A DNA stretch of 64,000 bases from an uncultured delta proteobacterium (lineage in GTDB: Bacteria; Desulfobacterota; RBG-13-43-22), in assembly GCA_963790475.1 (NCBI GenBank), contig CAWBOS010000010.1, positions 992,001 to 1,056,000 of the forward strand, read 5' to 3'. The notes below the pieces were generated by a model, which saw only the letters and a program-made list of their open reading frames with translations, was not told the DNA's origin and searched no databases. The position numbers and the translations under genes were made by a program. Below, piece by piece: positions 30,320 through 41,128 of this stretch. Every line of letters starts with the position of its first letter. The first letter of the stretch is position 1.

Positions 30320-30595
30320 TCATTCTTTCCCCAATCCAAGCTGAAAATGGTTTTCCTGGAAATGTATTTTACTATTACTACCTATACTACAGAATACATT
30401 GTTTGTAAAAAATCTTATCCCTCCCTCACCTCTGGCCACAATTACGGAATCCTTGACAAAGAGTACATAAAATTATAAAAAATAGAATAAATCTTTCACC
30501 AGATGGGGGACCGAAATAGCAAAAAAGAACCTGTCTCGACTTTCCCCCCAAACCTTTAAATATCTGATATCGATTTTTCTTTACAAGGTTTTATT

Positions 30596-31075
30596 TTGGT
30601 CTATAAAAACAAACCTCTCCTCAAAGGGCCGATCCTTTTTTTGAGTTCGGGAACCTACTTGGGTTATATTCCCATAGCCTCGGGGACCTTTGGGACCCTT
30701 TGGGGTCTGCCAATATTCTACTGGCTTTCGGGACAACGGCTTTGGATGCAAATTTTTATTATAGTCGCTTCCATCCTGTTGGCCGTTTTATTGGCCGGGC
30801 AAGCCGAGGAAATTTGGGGAAGGAAAGACCCTTCCCAAGTAGTGATCGACGAAATAGTCGGTTTTATGACAACCATGTTTGGGCTGACTTTCTCCTGGAA
30901 AATAGGTTTGGTGGGTTTCTTTCTATTCCGGGCCATGGACATCTTTAAACCCTATCCGATTAGAATAATCGATCAGAATATGCCCGGAGGTTGGGGCGTC
31001 GTCCTTGATGATGTCCTGGCCGGGATCTACTGCCAGGTAATTCTCCAGGTACTTGTATATTATAAGGTAATTTAG
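30596..31075 (+). CDS. pgpA: Phosphatidylglycerophosphatase A
   Basis: P.ASGTFGTL, DPSQVVIDEIVG, FR.MDIFKPYPI, GGWGVVLDDVLAG. Confidence 0.92.
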   Translation: MVYKNKPLLKGPILFLSSGTYLGYIPIASGTFGTLWGLPIFYWLSGQRLWMQIFIIVASILLAVLLAGQAEEIWGRKDPSQVVIDEIVGFMTTMFGLTFSWKIGLVGFFLFRAMDIFKPYPIRIIDQNMPGGWGVVLDDVLAGIYCQVILQVLVYYKVI

Positions 31076-31099
31076 TTTCATAACAGAGATATTTAAACC

Positions 31100-32362
31100 A
31101 TGTCTTTAAGAATAGAAATCATAGGGATCGGCAATGAATTAGTCACCGGCCGGGTCCTGGATCAAAACGCTGGATATGCGGCAGCCAGATTGCATTCTTT
31201 TGGATTTGAAGTCAACCGAATCGTCTTGATCGGGGATCAACCCCAAGTTATCCATTCGGCACTGAAACAAGCGGAAAAAAGGGCCGATGTCGTCCTGGTG
31301 ACCGGCGGCTTAGGGGGCACCCTGGATGATATTACCGTAGAGGTGGTCAGCCGGGCCTTTCGTCGTCCCCTGGTTCTACATAAGGGTCTCCAAGTTCAAA
31401 TCAAACGCTTTTTGACCCAAAAGGATATCCCCTGGGATCCTATCTTTGAAAAAATAGCCTGGCTGCCGGAAGGGGTGGAACTGCTTCATCCCCGACCCAA
31501 GGCTTGTGGTTTTATGATGAACGAAAAGGGGAAACTATTTTTCTTCCTTCCTGGGATTCCGGCTGAAATGAGGAGGTATTTGGACCGTCAGATTATTCCC
31601 TATTTAATCCAGAACTACTCCGGTCAGAAAGTCATCCGGCAGAGGGTGTATAATATCTTTGGATTATTAGAGCCGGAGATCAATGAGAGATTTATAGACC
31701 TGGAGAAACAATTTGAATCACTTCGACTAGGGTTTTATCCCAACTTTCCCGAAAACCAACTGACTATTTCCGTTCGATCCGAAAAGGCCCTTTGGGCTGA
31801 ACGCCTGCTCGATTCCATTGAAAAGGTGGTCGAAGAACGGCTGGCCGGGCACCTTATTTCCAAAAATGATCAAACCCTGGAATTAGTCATCGGCGATTTA
31901 TTAAGACAAAAAAAAATGACCCTCTCTGTAGCCGAATCCTGCACTGGGGGATTGATCGGTCATCGAATAACCAGTGTCGCGGGTAGCTCGGAATATTTTG
32001 ATCGTTCGGTGGTGGTTTATAGCAATAAAGCCAAAACGGAATTACTCGATATTCCCAAGAAAGTCCTGTCCCGATATGGGGCAGTCAGTGAAAAAACAGC
32101 CATTCTGATGGCCGAAGGGATTCGGAAAAGAAGCGGGACGGATTTGGGCCTGGCCGTTACCGGTATCGCCGGACCTGGAGGCGGAACTCCCGAAAAACCA
32201 GTGGGAACGGTCTGGATTGCCCTGTCTTCCCCCCAGGGGAACAAGGCCGGTCATTTTCTTTTCCAAGGGCATCGAAACCAGATCAAAATCCTGACCGCTT
32301 ATACAGCCTTGAATTGGGTCAGGAGTTATCTCATAGATGATACGTTCCTTTTTAGCGATTGA
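31100..32362 (+). CDS. cinA: CinA family (MoCF-binding + NMN deamidase PncC domain)
   Basis: IGNELVTG, TGGLG.T.DDIT, LPGIPAEM, AESCTGG, GAVS, TGIAGPGGG. Confidence 0.92.
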   Translation: MSLRIEIIGIGNELVTGRVLDQNAGYAAARLHSFGFEVNRIVLIGDQPQVIHSALKQAEKRADVVLVTGGLGGTLDDITVEVVSRAFRRPLVLHKGLQVQIKRFLTQKDIPWDPIFEKIAWLPEGVELLHPRPKACGFMMNEKGKLFFFLPGIPAEMRRYLDRQIIPYLIQNYSGQKVIRQRVYNIFGLLEPEINERFIDLEKQFESLRLGFYPNFPENQLTISVRSEKALWAERLLDSIEKVVEERLAGHLISKNDQTLELVIGDLLRQKKMTLSVAESCTGGLIGHRITSVAGSSEYFDRSVVVYSNKAKTELLDIPKKVLSRYGAVSEKTAILMAEGIRKRSGTDLGLAVTGIAGPGGGTPEKPVGTVWIALSSPQGNKAGHFLFQGHRNQIKILTAYTALNWVRSYLIDDTFLFSD

Positions 32363-32945
32363 GCTTTCAGAAGGGTTAAAGGAGACTGTTGCCGAATATA
32401 TCCGGGAATTGGGACAGGTCCCATCAAGAATTAAGTGGGTTTCACCTCTTCAGACCCATTTGACCTTGAAGTTCTTTGGCTCCATAACCGAGGAAACCAT
32501 TGAAAATATTTTCCGGACTCTTTCTCCGGTCCTATCCACTTACCCCCGGTTTTGTCTGACTTTGAAAGGGCTGGGTGCTTTTCCAAACCTGTTTAGACCT
32601 CGGGTAATCTGGTTCAGTGTTGGCGGGGAGACGAAGATTCTCCAAGGGCTTCACCAAACTATTGAACAGGCCCTGATCCCCTTGGGGATTCCCAAAGAAG
32701 ACCGACCTTTTCAGGGTCATTTGACCCTGGGAAGAAACAAGGAGAATCAAGTAAACGAAAAGCTATACCGTCGGTTGTCTGAATATTCGAAAGAAGAGAC
32801 CGCCCTCTTTGAAGTCGAAGAAGTAACTCTATTTCGAAGTGATTTGAAACCGGCCGGACCGGTATATAGCAAGCTAAAAACCTTTCCTCTGTTTAAAGGG
32901 GAAAAAGGTGTCCCGTCAACAACAGTAAAACAAAATAATTTTTAG
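32337..32945 (+). CDS. thpR: RNA 2',3'-cyclic phosphodiesterase (2H family)
   Basis: Two HxT motifs (HLTLKF, HLTLGR), SDLKPAGPVY; lies between cinA and recA. Confidence 0.9.
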   Translation: MIRSFLAIELSEGLKETVAEYIRELGQVPSRIKWVSPLQTHLTLKFFGSITEETIENIFRTLSPVLSTYPRFCLTLKGLGAFPNLFRPRVIWFSVGGETKILQGLHQTIEQALIPLGIPKEDRPFQGHLTLGRNKENQVNEKLYRRLSEYSKEETALFEVEEVTLFRSDLKPAGPVYSKLKTFPLFKGEKGVPSTTVKQNNF

Positions 32946-32954
32946 GGAGGCAAT

Positions 32955-33980
32955 ATGAAAACTGATTTGAAACCAAGTAGTGAAAAAGGCCGGGCCATAG
33001 AAATGGCCATGAGTCAAATCGAAAAGCAGTTTGGGAAAGGCTCTATTATGCGTCTGGGGGCCGAGGCCCTGACGGCCGACATCCCCTTTATTTCCACGGG
33101 TTCCCTTTCCTTAGATATTGCCACCGGCATAGGAGGCATTCCTCGAGGCAGAATCACGGAAATTTATGGGCCGGAATCATCAGGAAAGACCACCCTGGCC
33201 CTGCACGCCATTGCCGAGGCCCAAAAAAAGGGGGGAAATGCCGCTTTTATTGATGCCGAACATGCCCTGGATATTATCTATGCCAACAAGTTGGGGGTCA
33301 ATTGTGACGACCTTCTGGTCTCCCAGCCTGACAATGGGGAGCAGGCCCTGGAGATTACCGAAATATTGGTCCGCAGCGGAGCCATGGATATCGTCGTGGT
33401 CGATTCGGTGGCCGCTTTGGTCCCCCGGGCGGAAATAGAAGGGGAAATGGGGGATGCCCACATGGGACTCCAGGCCCGGCTCATGTCCCAGGCCCTGAGA
33501 AAGCTTACCGGAACCATCAGCAAGACCCACACCTCCCTGGTCTTTATCAACCAGATCCGGATGAAAATCGGGGTCATGTTCGGTAATCCGGAGACCACTA
33601 CCGGAGGAAATGCCTTAAAGTTTTATGCCTCCCTGCGCCTGGACATACGGAAAACAGGAACCCTTAAAGATGGACAGGAGATCATCGGTACTCGAACCAA
33701 AGTCAAGGTGGTCAAAAATAAAATTGCCCCTCCTTTTAAAGAGGCCGAATTTGATATCCTTTATGGAGAAGGGATCTCCCGGGAAGGAGATATTCTGGAC
33801 CTCGGGGTGGCCCACGACATTGTTGAAAAAAGCGGCACCTGGTACTCTTTCGGAGGCAATCGGATCGGTCAGGGCCGGGATAATGCCCGAACCTATTTAA
33901 AAGAGCACCCGGAGGTCTTGACCGAGATCGAGACTAAGGTCAAACTGACATACGGACTAATAAAGGAAACCGACCAATAA
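32955..33980 (+). CDS. recA: Recombinase RecA
   Basis: [46 protein letters not shown]. Confidence 0.99.
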   Translation: MKTDLKPSSEKGRAIEMAMSQIEKQFGKGSIMRLGAEALTADIPFISTGSLSLDIATGIGGIPRGRITEIYGPESSGKTTLALHAIAEAQKKGGNAAFIDAEHALDIIYANKLGVNCDDLLVSQPDNGEQALEITEILVRSGAMDIVVVDSVAALVPRAEIEGEMGDAHMGLQARLMSQALRKLTGTISKTHTSLVFINQIRMKIGVMFGNPETTTGGNALKFYASLRLDIRKTGTLKDGQEIIGTRTKVKVVKNKIAPPFKEAEFDILYGEGISREGDILDLGVAHDIVEKSGTWYSFGGNRIGQGRDNARTYLKEHPEVLTEIETKVKLTYGLIKETDQ

Positions 33981-34110
33981 TATTTATTCTTGGTCCTTTT
34001 TATTTAACCAACTATCAATTAAAAATGTAACGGGTGTGTCAAGTGGTTCTAAGGTTGTCCCCTACCTCTTGTTTACTGCCTATTGCCTCTTTTTATAGAA
34101 AGGATACGCC

Positions 34111-36759
34111 TTGAAAACCGGGAAAGAAATACGCCAAGCCTTCTTGGACTACTTCAGGGATCATGACCACGAAGTTATCAAGAGCGCTTCTTTAATCCCG
34201 CGGGATGACCCCTCCTTACTTTTTACCAATGCCGGCATGGTCCCTTTCAAGCGGGTGTTTCTGGGGGAAGAGAAAAGGGATTATCTGCGGGCTGCTTCCA
34301 GTCAGAAGTGTGTTCGAGCCGGTGGAAAGCATAATGACCTGGAAAACGTGGGCCGGACCGCCCGCCATCACACCTTCTTTGAAATGCTGGGCAATTTTTC
34401 TTTTGGGGATTATTTTAAAACCGAGGCCATCCATCTGGCTTGGGACCTGTTGATCAAAGTTTACGGCCTGCCGGTCGACCGGCTCTATGCCTCGGTCTAT
34501 TATAAAGACGAAGAAGCTTACCAGATATGGCGTCGGGAGATCGGTCTCCCCCCGGAAAAGATTATCCGCCTGGGGGAAAAAGATAATTTTTGGTCCATGG
34601 GGGATACCGGTCCTTGTGGACCCTGTTCGGAGATTCTCGTCGATCAGGGACCGCAAATGGGCTGCGGCCGGCCAGAGTGTGCCCCGGGCTGTGACTGTGA
34701 TCGCTACCTTGAAATCTGGAATCTGGTTTTTATGCAGTACAATCGTGACCCAAGCGGACTCTTGACCCCTTTGCCCAAACCGAGTATTGATACCGGTATG
34801 GGACTGGAACGGGTCACAGCGGTCATCCAGGGGGTCCCCAATAATTTTCTGACCGACCTGTTTGCGGATATCATCCTGGCCCTCCAAGATATCTCCGGTA
34901 TCCCCATGGGAAAAAACGAGGGAAACGATATTGCTATCAAGGTTATCTGCGATCACAGCCGGGCTCTGACCTTTCTACTGGCTGATGGGGCCATGCCTTC
35001 TAACGAAGGACGGGGCTATGTGGTCCGGCGGATACTGCGGCGGGCGGCCCGTTTCGGCAAAGTCCTGGGCATCAATAAACCCTTTTTGTTTCGTTTGACT
35101 CAGGTCGTGGCCGAAATGATGGCCGATCAATTTCCAGAGGTCTTGGAACATAAGGCCTTCACCTCCCAGATCATTCAAAAGGAAGAAGAAAGATTTCTGG
35201 AAACGCTGGATTTCGGACTGAAGGTCCTCAACGAAAAAATAGATCGTTTAAAGCAACAAAATGAACAGGTCCTGCCCGGTTCCCTGGTCTTTAAACTATA
35301 CGACACCTATGGCTTTCCTTTGGACATTATTCAGGATGTGATCCGGGATCAAAATTTAAGTATCGATCAGAACGGTTTCCAGGTCCATATGGAGCGGCAA
35401 CGGGAGATGTCCCGGCAGGCCTGGAAGGGCAGCGGAGACCGTGAAATTCAAGAGGGATACAAGCTCTTAATGGCCAGGGATCTGAAAAGTGAATTCAAGG
35501 GTTATGATACCCTGGAAATTCAATCTCACATAATCGCCCTTGTTCAGGATGGGCAGGAGGTCCCTCAAGCGGACGCCCCTCAGGCCATTGAACTGGTGGC
35601 GGCTGAAACCCCCTTTTACGCCGAATCGGGTGGACAGACCGGAGACCAGGGGGATATTTCTTCCTTAAAGGGAACTTTTAATGTGGAAGAGACCTTCTCC
35701 CTTCCTAACGGCCTGATCATCCATCGCGGCCGGCTGCTGCAGGGATCCCTAACAATCGGGGACCAGGTCATGCTTTCCGTTTCCAAAGACCGGCGAACCC
35801 CTACGGCCCATAACCATACCGCCACCCACTTGCTCCACGGGGCCTTGCGCCGTATCCTAGGGGACCAAGTCAAACAGGCCGGATCGCTGGTGACTCCAGA
35901 GAGGTTACGTTTTGATTTCTCTCATTATTCGGCCTTGTCTCTAAAGGAACTCCAAGCCGTGGAAGACCTGGTCAATGACTTGATCAGGCAGAACTTGCCG
36001 GTTAATACCCGCGTCATGAATTATGAACAAGCCAGGGCGACCGGGGCCATCGCCCTTTTTGAAGAACGGTACGGCGATCGGGTCCGGTTGGTCCAGCTCG
36101 GAGACTTCAGTCAGGAATTATGCGGGGGGACCCACACCGCCCGAACCGGGGATTTAGGTTTATTCAAGATCCTGTCGGAAGGGAGTGTTGCCGCGGGTGT
36201 AAGACGTATTGAAGCGCTTACCGGAAGGGAAGCTCTGCAAACCGTTCATCAGGAGGAGCAATGGCTGAGGGCTATTGGAGAATTGTTAAAAGTTGAACCG
36301 GAGGACCTGCTGGCCCGCATAGAAAAAATCCTGACCCAACAAAAAGAACTGGAGCGGACCATCACCCGACTGAACAAATCCCTTCTTAGCGGCGGAGGGG
36401 TAGAAAACCTACTGGGACAGACCCGGACTATTAAAGGGATTAAAGTTCTTTCCCGCGTAGTCCCGACCGCCGAAGCAAAAGGACTTCGAGACCTGGCCGA
36501 CTCCCTGAGGGATAGGCTGCAATCAGGAATAGTCATCCTGGGTAGTGTTAATGAGGGAAAGGTCCTCCTGGTGACCGTGGTTTCCAAGGATTTGACCCCT
36601 AAATTTCAGGCCGGCAAAATCATCAAACGACTGGCAAAAGCCCTGGGAGGTGACGGCGGGGGACGTTCAGACATGGCCCAGGCCGGTGGAAACCGTCCTG
36701 ATTTATTGGCATCGACTTTGGAGCAGGCTTATGACTGGATCGAACAAGAAGATAAATAA
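34111..36759 (+). CDS. alaS: Alanine--tRNA ligase
   Basis: LLFTNAGM, HHTFFEMLGNFSFGDYFK, DTGMGLER, HTATHLL, ELCGGTH, GGGRSDMAQAGG. Confidence 0.98.
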   Translation: MKTGKEIRQAFLDYFRDHDHEVIKSASLIPRDDPSLLFTNAGMVPFKRVFLGEEKRDYLRAASSQKCVRAGGKHNDLENVGRTARHHTFFEMLGNFSFGDYFKTEAIHLAWDLLIKVYGLPVDRLYASVYYKDEEAYQIWRREIGLPPEKIIRLGEKDNFWSMGDTGPCGPCSEILVDQGPQMGCGRPECAPGCDCDRYLEIWNLVFMQYNRDPSGLLTPLPKPSIDTGMGLERVTAVIQGVPNNFLTDLFADIILALQDISGIPMGKNEGNDIAIKVICDHSRALTFLLADGAMPSNEGRGYVVRRILRRAARFGKVLGINKPFLFRLTQVVAEMMADQFPEVLEHKAFTSQIIQKEEERFLETLDFGLKVLNEKIDRLKQQNEQVLPGSLVFKLYDTYGFPLDIIQDVIRDQNLSIDQNGFQVHMERQREMSRQAWKGSGDREIQEGYKLLMARDLKSEFKGYDTLEIQSHIIALVQDGQEVPQADAPQAIELVAAETPFYAESGGQTGDQGDISSLKGTFNVEETFSLPNGLIIHRGRLLQGSLTIGDQVMLSVSKDRRTPTAHNHTATHLLHGALRRILGDQVKQAGSLVTPERLRFDFSHYSALSLKELQAVEDLVNDLIRQNLPVNTRVMNYEQARATGAIALFEERYGDRVRLVQLGDFSQELCGGTHTARTGDLGLFKILSEGSVAAGVRRIEALTGREALQTVHQEEQWLRAIGELLKVEPEDLLARIEKILTQQKELERTITRLNKSLLSGGGVENLLGQTRTIKGIKVLSRVVPTAEAKGLRDLADSLRDRLQSGIVILGSVNEGKVLLVTVVSKDLTPKFQAGKIIKRLAKALGGDGGGRSDMAQAGGNRPDLLASTLEQAYDWIEQEDK

Positions 36760-36840
36760 TGGAGTGATGCAATAGTTGAAGAAAAGAGTAGAGAGTTATT
36801 GGTCCAATACTCCATTATTCCAATAATCCAATTTTCATGC

Positions 36841-37965
36841 TCAGCTTTTGCTGTGCCCATTTTTCAGGTTATGATAGATGCGGTCGGAAAGATAACGAAT
36901 GGCGACACTCTTTCTCTTGCCCCAGCCCCCATCGGAAGGACGATTCTTATTTTCGATGATGATAGAAAGGGCATAATCGTTGCAGCCGTTCTGGCTTTTC
37001 TGATAGACGATACCACAATCGCCGTTTAAACCTCTAACATAGCCGGTTTTATCAGCAACCGCCACCCCATCCTCCTTGATCTGATGGGTTCTAATCCGGT
37101 CGTGAATGTTTTTTAGTAAAATATCGTTCATTTTTTGAGAGTACTGGGGACTAATCAATTTTTGTTCATAAAGCAGGCGAAAGAATTGCGTGTTATCGCT
37201 AGCTGAAGTTTGATTGGCATAGGTTTTGCCTCCCTCGGGAATAAGCTCCCGGAGACGAGTGTCCGAAAAACCCAGTTTCCCCATCAAGGCGTTGATACCG
37301 ATGATACCCTGAAGGGAATCCCCTTTCCCCAGCCGGCGTATCAGCCAATTGGTGGCCGCGTTATCACTTACGGCGATCATCCGATTTAATCGGTGTTCTA
37401 TTTCGGGAGTTTCCTGAAGTTCCTGTCGGGAAATCGCATCATAAACCGCCAGCATGACGAAATGTTTTATCAGGCTGGCCGCGTTGCGGATAACATTCCC
37501 ATTAATATCCACCAGCATTCTTTTCTCATTGAGATCATAGACCTGGATGGAAATTTGATCGGCCGGCAGAAGCTGCCCGTTATCCTTTAAATGAATAATC
37601 TCATGTTCAACAAAATCCTGTAACGAACCGCCGGTAATAATAGCCGATTGTTTGACCGGAGTCTCTGAATAATTGATTTCTTTAACATCGGTTTTGAGTG
37701 GTCTGGAGTCTGGCGAGGCCTTTTTTCTTCTCCTAGTGGCGAGGGCTTTTTTCCCCTTCTTCATACCCCCGGAATGTTTTATCTTATTTTTCTTGGTCCT
37801 CGAGCTGTTATGCTTGATTTTCTTTTTCTTGGGCTTTTGATGCACTGTCTTTTTCGTCTTTACCCGGGGGCCATCACTGTTGTCAGCGGCCCGGAGAGGT
37901 TGTCCCAAAAAAAATACCAGAGTCAAAAATAAAGAAATGATGAATTTTTTCGTAAAAAGTGTCAT
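36841..37965 (-). CDS. Class A beta-lactamase-like serine hydrolase with Lys-rich linker
   Basis: Signal peptide; SxxK (ASLIK), SDN and KTG motifs. Confidence 0.85.
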   Translation of the reverse strand: MTLFTKKFIISLFLTLVFFLGQPLRAADNSDGPRVKTKKTVHQKPKKKKIKHNSSRTKKNKIKHSGGMKKGKKALATRRRKKASPDSRPLKTDVKEINYSETPVKQSAIITGGSLQDFVEHEIIHLKDNGQLLPADQISIQVYDLNEKRMLVDINGNVIRNAASLIKHFVMLAVYDAISRQELQETPEIEHRLNRMIAVSDNAATNWLIRRLGKGDSLQGIIGINALMGKLGFSDTRLRELIPEGGKTYANQTSASDNTQFFRLLYEQKLISPQYSQKMNDILLKNIHDRIRTHQIKEDGVAVADKTGYVRGLNGDCGIVYQKSQNGCNDYALSIIIENKNRPSDGGWGKRKSVAIRYLSDRIYHNLKNGHSKS

Positions 37966-38067
37966 AAATACAATTTAAGAAATTTATTGTTTCCTTGTCA
38001 AGGAATAACAGCTGTCGACCTTCTAACTAATTATAATTTATTATAAATTATTTTCATTGGGTGACCT

Positions 38068-39213
38068 ATGCCATCAGGGTATTCTTCGAAAGCGGGTTCC
38101 TGGGTTGAAATTGACCTTTCCAGCCTAAGGAAAAATTATAAATTGCTCAGGGAAAAGATTAATCCTTCCACCAAAATAATGGCTGTGGTCAAAGCCGACG
38201 CTTATGGACATGGCCTGGTTCCCATTGCCAGCGAGCTGGTTCGTATCGGGACCCCGGCCCTGGGCGTCAGTTCTATTGAGGAAGGTATTCTGATCAGAAA
38301 AAATGTCAGCTCCAGCATCCCGATAGTACTTTTATTGGGCCTTCTTCCGGAAGAAACCCTGGCCTGTCTCCATTATCGTCTGACTCCGATCATCTATTCA
38401 ACGGAAACGGCCCTGAAACTCCACCAGGCCGCGAAACGCCGAAAGATCCGGATACCCGTCCATATCAAGATTGATACCGGTATGGGCCGGTTGGGGGTGC
38501 CCTGGGCTGAATTCGGGGAGTTCATAAGAAAACTGGGGGATTGGAAAGGGCTAAAAGTAACCGGTCTGACCTCTCATTTCGGCCAGGCCGACCAAAAAGA
38601 AAAATCCTATAACCAACTGCAATGGAAACGATTTTGCGAAGCCCTGGATCTGGCCCTTAAATCCGGACTGGAGTTGACCGAAAATCATATGGCCAACAGC
38701 GCCGCGCTGCTCAATTACCAGCAAACTCACCTCCACTATGTCCGTCCCGGGATACTGCTTTATGGCTGCAACCCGAGCGGATCTTCCAGCCCTCACCGAT
38801 CAATCAAGGTCCAACCGACCATGGCCTTCAAAAGCCGCATTTTGCAGGTCAAACAATTACCCGCCGGGGTCGAAATCAGCTATGGAGGTACTTATATCAC
38901 AACCCGACCCGAAACCATCGCCCTGATACCGATCGGTTATGCCAACGGATATCCCCGAGTTTTGTCCAACCGCGGGGAAGTCTTGATCAGGGGAAAACGT
39001 TTTCCCGTTATCGGGCGGGTCTGCATGAATCTGATCGTGGTCCAAGTAGAAGCCTCTCTCGGGCTTCAGACGGGCGAAAAGGTGGTTCTTATGGGTAATC
39101 AAGGCCGAGGTCTCATCACTCCTGATGAACTGGCTCAAAAGGCCGGGACCATCTCCTATGAACTATATTGCCTTTTGGGCCGGTTGAATCCTCGAATATA
39201 TTTAGACGATTGA
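38068..39213 (+). CDS. alr: Alanine racemase
   Basis: AVVKADAYGHG, HIKIDTGMGRLG, HMANSA, RPGILLYG, ISYG, GRVCM. Confidence 0.96.
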   Translation: MPSGYSSKAGSWVEIDLSSLRKNYKLLREKINPSTKIMAVVKADAYGHGLVPIASELVRIGTPALGVSSIEEGILIRKNVSSSIPIVLLLGLLPEETLACLHYRLTPIIYSTETALKLHQAAKRRKIRIPVHIKIDTGMGRLGVPWAEFGEFIRKLGDWKGLKVTGLTSHFGQADQKEKSYNQLQWKRFCEALDLALKSGLELTENHMANSAALLNYQQTHLHYVRPGILLYGCNPSGSSSPHRSIKVQPTMAFKSRILQVKQLPAGVEISYGGTYITTRPETIALIPIGYANGYPRVLSNRGEVLIRGKRFPVIGRVCMNLIVVQVEASLGLQTGEKVVLMGNQGRGLITPDELAQKAGTISYELYCLLGRLNPRIYLDD

Positions 39214-39238
39214 CTTGGGAGGGAAAAAAGGTTAAAAT
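39210..39238 (+). promoter_or_regulatory. sigma70 promoter for the argS operon
   Basis: TTGACT-N17-TAAAAT. Confidence 0.6.
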
Positions 39239-39442
39239 GCTCGATTAATTCAAGCCGGTTGCTGAAGAGCCACCTTCCCGCCAGTTCCAGAAAAATGAAT
39301 GAGCGGTGTTGTCCCCGCCCGGAGGGAAAATTTCTTAAAAAGTATTCTTCCCCCCTCTTCAGTGGGATCGTAATGCCCAGATATCCTTGGGATCTAAAGC
39401 TGCCGAATGAAACCGGCAAACTGATAGAGAGAAAAAGACCAA

Positions 39443-41128
39443 GTGCGTGATCAGCTTACTAAACTAATTCAAGAAGCGAGTCAGGAGATTCAAACGCCTC
39501 TTTCTGAGAACCTGACAGATATTCCCATTGTTTTCACCGTTCCCAAAAATGAAACCTATGGGGACTATGCCACTAATCTGGCCATGGCTATGGCCAAAGT
39601 GTTGAAACAGTCTCCCATGAAGATCGCCGAATCTCTGGTCAACCACATTCCGACAGGCCTGAATTGGCTGGAAAAGATCGAAGTGGTCAAACCGGGGTTT
39701 ATTAATTTTTTTTTGAAAGATGAAGCCCTTCACGACATACTCCCGATTATCATAGACCAAAACAAGGTCTTCGGACAAAACCAGTGGGGAATGGGGAAAA
39801 AGGTCCAGATAGAATTTGTCAGTGCCAATCCCACCGGCCCTTTACATATCGGGCATGGCCGGGGTGCCGCCCTGGGGGGGGTTTTGACCAATCTTTTACG
39901 GGCCACGGGACATGAGGTGTCCACTGAATATTACTTGAATGACCTCGGCACCCAAATGGAAACCTTGGGCCGTTCCATTCAGGCCCGGTTCAGGGAACTC
40001 CGAGGCGAGGATGTTCTTTTCCCGGAAAACGGCTATAAAGGGGAGTATATCAAAGAGATAGCAGCGGAGATTCTTAGGGAGAACGGCGGGCGAACTGCTG
40101 ACGAGTCCACCCTGGACCTGTCTTTTTTTTCCCGTTATGGCCGCCAGGCCATCTTAAAAGATATCCAAGAGGACCTGGAGACTTTTGGAATACGGTTCGA
40201 TAATTGGTTCAGCGAAGAAAGCCTGGTCCGTCAAGGTTTGGTGGAGGACCTGATCACGGCCATGAAAAATAGGGGGTTATTTTACCAGGCCGATGGGGCC
40301 CTTTGGTTCAAAAGCAGCGACTTCGGAGACGAGAAAGACCGGGTGGTGGTACGGGCCAACGGGGCCTTGACCTATTTTGCCTCAGACATGGCTTATCACC
40401 TTCACAAATTGAATCGGGGCTATAATCGACTGATCGATATCTGGGGCGCCGACCATCACGGTTATGTCCCGAGGTTAAAAGCCGCCTTGCAAAGCCTGGG
40501 GCATGATGCGAACGCTTTGACGGTCATCCTGTATCAACTGGTTACCTTGATCCGGGAAGGCAAGCCGGTGACCATGTCCACCCGGGCCGGTGAATTTATC
40601 ACCTTGAGAGAAGTCCTGGATGAGGTGGGCAAGGATGCCGCCCGCTATATTTTTCTGACCAGGCGGTCGGATAGCCCATTGGATTTTGATTTGGACCTGG
40701 CCAAAAAGCAGAGCAACGAAAATCCGGTCTATTATGTTCAATATGCCCATGCCCGGGTCTGCAGTATTCTGGCCGTAGCCCGGTCCCAGGGTTTTATTAT
40801 TGAGGACCTGGATACCAAAACGATCTATCGGTTGACCTTGCCTGAGGAGAGGAGCCTTTGTAAACACCTGACGGAATATCCGGAAGAGATACACCAGGCA
40901 GCTATGAGATTGGAACCTCACCGAATCCCTTTTTACCTGGGGGAACTGGCCGCCCGGTTTCACCATTATTATAATCACCACCGGATCATACAGGAGGATC
41001 GAGAGCTGAGCCAGGCCCGTTTGATCCTTTCTCAGGCCATTGGAACGGTCATCAAGAATGCCTTGTATTTGTTGGGTGTCTCCGCCCCGCAAAAAATGAT
41101 GAGGGATCATGAAACCCAAGCCATATAA
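39443..41128 (+). CDS. argS: Arginine--tRNA ligase
   Basis: GDYATN, EFVSANPTGPLHIGHGRGA, WGADHHGY, MSTRAGEF, NPVYYVQYAHAR. Confidence 0.97.
   Translation: MRDQLTKLIQEASQEIQTPLSENLTDIPIVFTVPKNETYGDYATNLAMAMAKVLKQSPMKIAESLVNHIPTGLNWLEKIEVVKPGFINFFLKDEALHDILPIIIDQNKVFGQNQWGMGKKVQIEFVSANPTGPLHIGHGRGAALGGVLTNLLRATGHEVSTEYYLNDLGTQMETLGRSIQARFRELRGEDVLFPENGYKGEYIKEIAAEILRENGGRTADESTLDLSFFSRYGRQAILKDIQEDLETFGIRFDNWFSEESLVRQGLVEDLITAMKNRGLFYQADGALWFKSSDFGDEKDRVVVRANGALTYFASDMAYHLHKLNRGYNRLIDIWGADHHGYVPRLKAALQSLGHDANALTVILYQLVTLIREGKPVTMSTRAGEFITLREVLDEVGKDAARYIFLTRRSDSPLDFDLDLAKKQSNENPVYYVQYAHARVCSILAVARSQGFIIEDLDTKTIYRLTLPEERSLCKHLTEYPEEIHQAAMRLEPHRIPFYLGELAARFHHYYNHHRIIQEDRELSQARLILSQAIGTVIKNALYLLGVSAPQKMMRDHETQAI

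Noticed and set aside
39259-39450. 63-aa ORF in the alr-argS spacer
   Set aside because: TTG start without an SD and no family features; the region is better explained as a leader RNA.
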